From the NCBI GenBank assembly GCA_030167865.1, contig JALAGF010002467.1:1-46434 (forward strand): a stretch of 46,434 nucleotides of DNA, written 5' to 3'. The notes under the pieces were generated by a model that was given only the letters and a program-made list of their open reading frames with translations, was not told where the DNA came from and ran no database searches. The first letter of the stretch is position 1. Each line of letters opens with the position of its first letter. Positions 41,778 to 46,434 of this stretch are shown here, one piece after another. The position numbers and the translations under genes were made by a program. Source of the DNA: Craspedostauros australis (lineage: Eukaryota).

Positions 41778-43743
41778 CTAGTCCTTTCCTCTGGTCATCA
41801 GGGCCTTGACGTACTTGGTCAGCATGACATCAAGCTTCGACTCAGGATCGTACAAAGGGTTGATCTGACCTTCCTTGACGCCTGAGAGGAGGTGGTTGAC
41901 ATCGCGGTGTTCTGCCTCGTCGGCGCGCACGGCATACATCAAGTCCAGTACGGTTCCTGTCTCACCGAGCTTCCAGTAGGCACGGGCGATCTTGGGTGGT
42001 TGTTCGGTGCGCCATGCCGCGAGCTCGTTGTCCTCCGGTGCATTCTCAATCGCCTTGATGATCTTTGTGTATGTGGAGCAAGCCTCCTCTTCGACGTAGC
42101 CGACGAAACGGTGGCAGAATGCCGGGCTCAGGATGTATGCGGTGGTGAATGCGAGGCCGAAACCGAACTGGCCCACGATGACGGCGGCGCGCAGGGTCAT
42201 GCCTGGATCCTTCATTCGGACGAATGTCAGCAAGTGCATGCTGTGGAACATGGTCAAGTAATTAGAGTCCATAGACCAGGCGTGCGTTCAGGAACGCCGT
42301 CGTCAATCCAAGCAAAATTCGTGAGAGAGGGTGTGAGACGGCATCAGTGAGCAGACCGCAGTCTCCTTGTTCGAGATTCGATCGATCGACTGCCGCTTCG
42401 CTCGTTCTTTTGTCCATCCACAGAACGAATTGGATCTGTCGAGCGGAGCGCAGTCCACTTGTGTCGCAAGCACGCACCACACAAGCGCGCCAACGAAGTG
42501 AAAAGCCAAGCATACATTCACAGGTTTGGTGTATGCAGCGGGATAGAAACACTCGCACTCAGATATCCGTAGAGCAGGCATGACGGAATGGAGAAAAAGA
42601 GTCAAGCAAGTGGAGGTGAAGTAGACGTACCGTTCATTGTTTGCCTCTTCGAGGAAAAGCTGCATGTAGCCACCATCGGCCTTCATGGTGCGAAGAGAGC
42701 GGAAGTGTCTCACGATGGCCTGTACTCGTATGTTGACGAGACGATAGAGTTGCACGGCAGAATCAGATGGTGACAACCGAGAAAGGGCAAAAGCAGGGAG
42801 AATGCAATCAAATGTGTACACATGGGAGATCGATAATGATGAGATTTGAGAATGCAAGGACAGTGCATGCCAGCATAAGAGCGTCATGCAGCGATGAACA
42901 TGCCATGGTGCTGCAGGACGCGACGCAACAAAAGCATATCGCAAGGTTGTCAACGCATCTTTCACTTACAGCAACCATCCCGGGGACCGCAGCGATCGTC
43001 TCGAGGTAGATTGTGCGGTTGAGCACGTTGTTTGCGGTGATGTTGTCGCTCCTCCAATTGGTGGCGGCATCGAAGAGGACACGCACTCCTTTGACGGAGT
43101 TGTACGCCATCTTGTCGATGATGCCCTTTGGCTCGACATGGGTGAGCTTCACATCGAGCTCCTCTGTCGTGTAATGTCCGTGAGATTTGCCAAGGTTGAT
43201 GAACTCAACGCCATCTCTGCCGATGCCCAGCGGATGACGTCCACTCTCACGGAAGTGCTGAGTGTGGTCGTCGTCCGTCGAGGTGGAGATGCCTGAGACG
43301 GCGCCTCGGTCGGCTACACGGTCGATGGCTTCGATGAAATTGTCAAAGCGAACAGAGCCTCCTGCCTTGGCGGCGTAGTAGAGCTCCCCGATCTCGACGA
43401 CTTCTTCATCGGTGAAGACGTCACAGTGTTTGTGCAGGAGCTGCTTCAGCTCTTCGGCATCCAAACGTCCGTTGTTGTCCTTGTCGACCGCCATGAGCTC
43501 CGCCTTGATTTGACGCACCATGCTCTTGTCGAGCGACTTGAGGGGTCTCTCGACGAAGCCGGGGACATTGTCAACAGTTGGCGCTGCTTGCGCGGAGAAG
43601 GGTCGGAAAGAGATGGCCGAGGCTGGTGCTGCGGCGTTGAAAGACTTGAGGGAAGAGGACCTGAAAGCGGTGGCACCAAGACGGAGCGTGCTCCGGCTGG
43701 TTGACAGCTTCGTCAGGCGTTGGACAGCGGTGACGGAGAACAT
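41778..43743 (-). CDS. AOX: Mitochondrial alternative oxidase with N-terminal EF-hand; exons 43743-42970, 42719-42631 and 42240-41778
   Basis: Mitochondrial presequence. Di-iron motifs LETIAAVPGMV, EEANNERMHLLTF (restored by splicing), FVGYVEEEA..TY and RADEAEHRDVNH. EF-hand DKDNNGRLDAEEL. Confidence 0.95.
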
Positions 43744-44505
43744 GGTTCAAGGTTTTTGCTTTTTATGACGATGCAAGACAGCAATTTGTCGCGTTCCAAT
43801 CGAGGTGGGTGAGTCGGCTCCACCCTCACTGTTGGGTCTCTGCAGTTGTGGTCGTTCGCATGACCGTATCCGTTTCCTTCCACCCGCAATTGCGCTCACA
43901 CTTCCGGCCTGCGCGAGGGGGAATTCCATGGAAAGTTGGCCTTGTATTTTCCTCTTGCGTTCGCATCTTCGTGGGCCGGATGAAGCGATCCTTGGCCATT
44001 TGGTGTTCGCGTTTCTCGGACTTGAAACACCTGTCCAATGCAAACCGAAGCATTCTTCCACATTCGGCGAAAGACGAGAAGCGGAGATGACCAGGGCACC
44101 ACGTGGGCAACCAAATGCAAGATGACAGTCACGCTGCTTCGGACGATGCGATAAAGTTTGACGCCACCACCATCCTGCCCCTTGAAACAGCATCTGTGCG
44201 GTGATACGGATGGCATTGGTGGGTGGACATGTTGAAGAACTTGTTCAGCGACGATCTTCCGATTTCTCAGGTTCTCTTTTGTTGTGTCCAGCTTCCACGA
44301 CTGAAGAGCAGATTGGCTGAATCCCAGAAAATGATGACGGACTGTGGGAATGATGCGGTCTATGGAAGGTGAAAGCTTTAGAGCATTCACGTTAGCCTTT
44401 CGCCCAGGTAGTCTTTCTTGGATCCAGGCATCCAAATGTTCACACATCCATGCGCCATGCATCGACACGCTGTGGCGAGCAACGTCGCCGTTCACGGTGC
44501 CGCGA

Positions 44506-45294
44506 TCAAATGAAAAAGAGCCGAACCATGGCGCCTCCAGCTGTCTGCAAGTATTCTGGGTTTGTGTCGGCCAAATGTTCGATACCCACGACCTCACAGT
44601 TCGCTTGTTGGTACATCTGGATCTCGTCGGACGGGTGTTTCAGCACAAATTCATTCGCAAGCGTCTTCCAACCCTCTTCACCGTCCCTGTACGTGCCAAC
44701 TCCAACCACAGAATGGCCTTTGCGAGGGACGCCCGTCGCCATAGCTTCAACGGCTCCGTACGCTTTGGTGTCAGCAGCCTTGAGTTCCGCCAGCGCTTCG
44801 CTTGTTTCTTCTCCTCTCAAGCAAGCCGACACCCACTCGCAGAGCCCGGCCAATGATGCGAGCGCCTGGGGCTGAACGCCCTGCGATGAAGAATCTTGAA
44901 GCGCCGCCTGCACCAACGGCTCTCCAATCTTGACGAGAGGAAGGTGATCGTGAAAGCTCCTGGCGCCGAACATCATATTCCGGCTGCCAATGATCGCGCC
45001 AACCTTTGACGGCACATCCTGTGCGGTATGGTAATCGGCGGAAGCCTCCGGAGGCACCAGCATGTACTGCGATGGCTTGGTGTAATCATCGCCGCCCTGC
45101 TTGACGACCACATATGTCTCCAGAACTGTTTCCAGAGACGGCGGGGAAGACGACGCAGACACTGAAGCCGCTCGGCTGAACCACCGCAACGTCGTCTGTC
45201 CTTGAATGCCCTGCTGCAGAACCTGGCTGTTACCGCAGTGACAGCCAAGAACGCACAACAGCCTCCTACCCCGACCCACTTGTGACATCATCAT
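44506..45294 (-). CDS. Hypothetical protein, probably mitochondrion-targeted
   Basis: ATG 45294, 262 codons. Arg/Ser-rich presequence-like N-terminus (LRWFSRAASVS) and a globular C-terminus (GVPRKGHSVVGVGTYRDG...GIEHLADT...AGGAMVRLFF). Confidence 0.72.
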   Translation of the reverse strand: MMMSQVGRGRRLLCVLGCHCGNSQVLQQGIQGQTTLRWFSRAASVSASSSPPSLETVLETYVVVKQGGDDYTKPSQYMLVPPEASADYHTAQDVPSKVGAIIGSRNMMFGARSFHDHLPLVKIGEPLVQAALQDSSSQGVQPQALASLAGLCEWVSACLRGEETSEALAELKAADTKAYGAVEAMATGVPRKGHSVVGVGTYRDGEEGWKTLANEFVLKHPSDEIQMYQQANCEVVGIEHLADTNPEYLQTAGGAMVRLFFI

Positions 45295-46434
45295 GAAAAG
45301 GTTTGCGAAGTGAGGTGTCTCGAGGAATGAAGCAACGGCAGCGGGGATGGATGCAACGGTTGGGGACTTGCGACGGCTTGGTCGTCGTTGGCGTGTGGTC
45401 GTTGACCTGTATCTTGGTGATGGATTGTGGTTGTGTTGTGTGTTTGCACACTCTTTGTCCGTCCCAAGCGAACGAAGTCGAATACCAGTCTGACCGTGTG
45501 TCCGCGCGTACGTGTTTCTCAACTCTATTGTGAACACAACACGGAACTCGACTCCATTATTTTTGTAATATTGTAAAGGAAATGATAAATCACCCGAATA
45601 TCTTGAAACGTGATTGACGATTCACAACTAGCAATGGATACGGGATTGGCTCGTTCTGGTGCAAATAAAGAAACATTACAAAAGCCTGGCCAACCATCCT
45701 GCCCTCTTTTTGTGCAGTTGGACACCCCCAAAATCGCGAACCGCAACGAAGAACGAGGATCTTTGCCTCGTCAGCCGGTTGGGCGCCGCTGTTGCCACCG
45801 ACATCGGAACGAATCCATCATTCATCATCAACCTCCAACTTTGGCTCCCCGCGCGAAGTGCAATACCAACCATACCAAGATGATGATGCAGGCGCCGTCA
45901 CAACCAAGATGCCGCCTCGATGCCGACTGGGCGAACAGGTGGCAAAGCAAGAGCCAGAAGGTGTGAATGGAGAAGCATCTTTGTTGTAATACATGTGGCC
46001 CTTCAATGGTGTCCCCGCACATCAGTTTTGGATATCTCCCACATTGGCGCGAAAAGGAAGCATGATGACATTCCTGAGCCGATGGCAATGACAGGGGGTT
46101 GGCTGGACGGGCATCGGCAGCCGAGGCAAGACATGGACAGCCCATCCAGCTCCAAGCGCATCTGCTGTTCTTCGCATGCGCCGTACATACACACACGCAC
46201 ACCAGTACGGACTGTTCTCCAACATCCCTCCGACTCTGCTGTGTGCTCCCGATCAATATCGCTACGGGTTTCTGCCATCAGAGCAGAGATCTGCGATCCC
46301 TTCGCCCATCAAAAGCAGAGGAGAAACGAGGGCATAGGCGCCAACCCATGCGATGAGCACGAAGTAGTACAGAAGAAGCAGACCAAAGTCATCGCTCATT
46401 GTCCATCGCACACTACCCATTGTCCATTGCTCTG

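Noticed and set aside
43896-44597. 233-aa minus-strand ORF between the hypothetical gene and AOX
   Set aside because: Non-ATG start, overlaps the upstream gene's end, no motifs. Probably UTR/promoter.
45600-46434. Possible gene start near the right edge
   Set aside because: Only short ORFs, and no convincing exon chain could be built.

Overview
Gene-dense eukaryotic nuclear DNA, almost certainly from a diatom. Evidence: bipartite signal-peptide + ASAFAP-type plastid targeting signals, a diatom-type phosphoribulokinase, a spliced mitochondrial carbamate kinase and GT-AG introns. About 19 protein-coding genes can be reconstructed by hand. Recognisable products: PRK, an Asp/Asn beta-hydroxylase-type dioxygenase, a UBX protein with a signal peptide, a 2OG-Fe(II) oxygenase, Tim13, Vps18, a class II CPD photolyase, Rgp1, a peroxisomal SLC25A17-type carrier, a plastid mTERF, ENY2/Sus1, carbamate kinase, a DUF493 protein and an EF-hand alternative oxidase. 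Several hypothetical proteins are also present. No rRNA, tRNA, CRISPR array or intact transposon was seen. The most interesting unannotated items are: (1) a 1.3k-aa solenoid + appendage protein that looks like TPLATE, the large beta subunit of the TSET coat; (2) a Vps18 whose RING has lost most zinc ligands; (3) a photolyase with a C-terminal PCNA-binding-like motif; (4) a stand-alone thylakoid-lumen protein resembling the FtsH lumenal domain; (5) a plastid/periplastid-targeted UBX protein. All family calls are from motif recognition by eye, not database searches.
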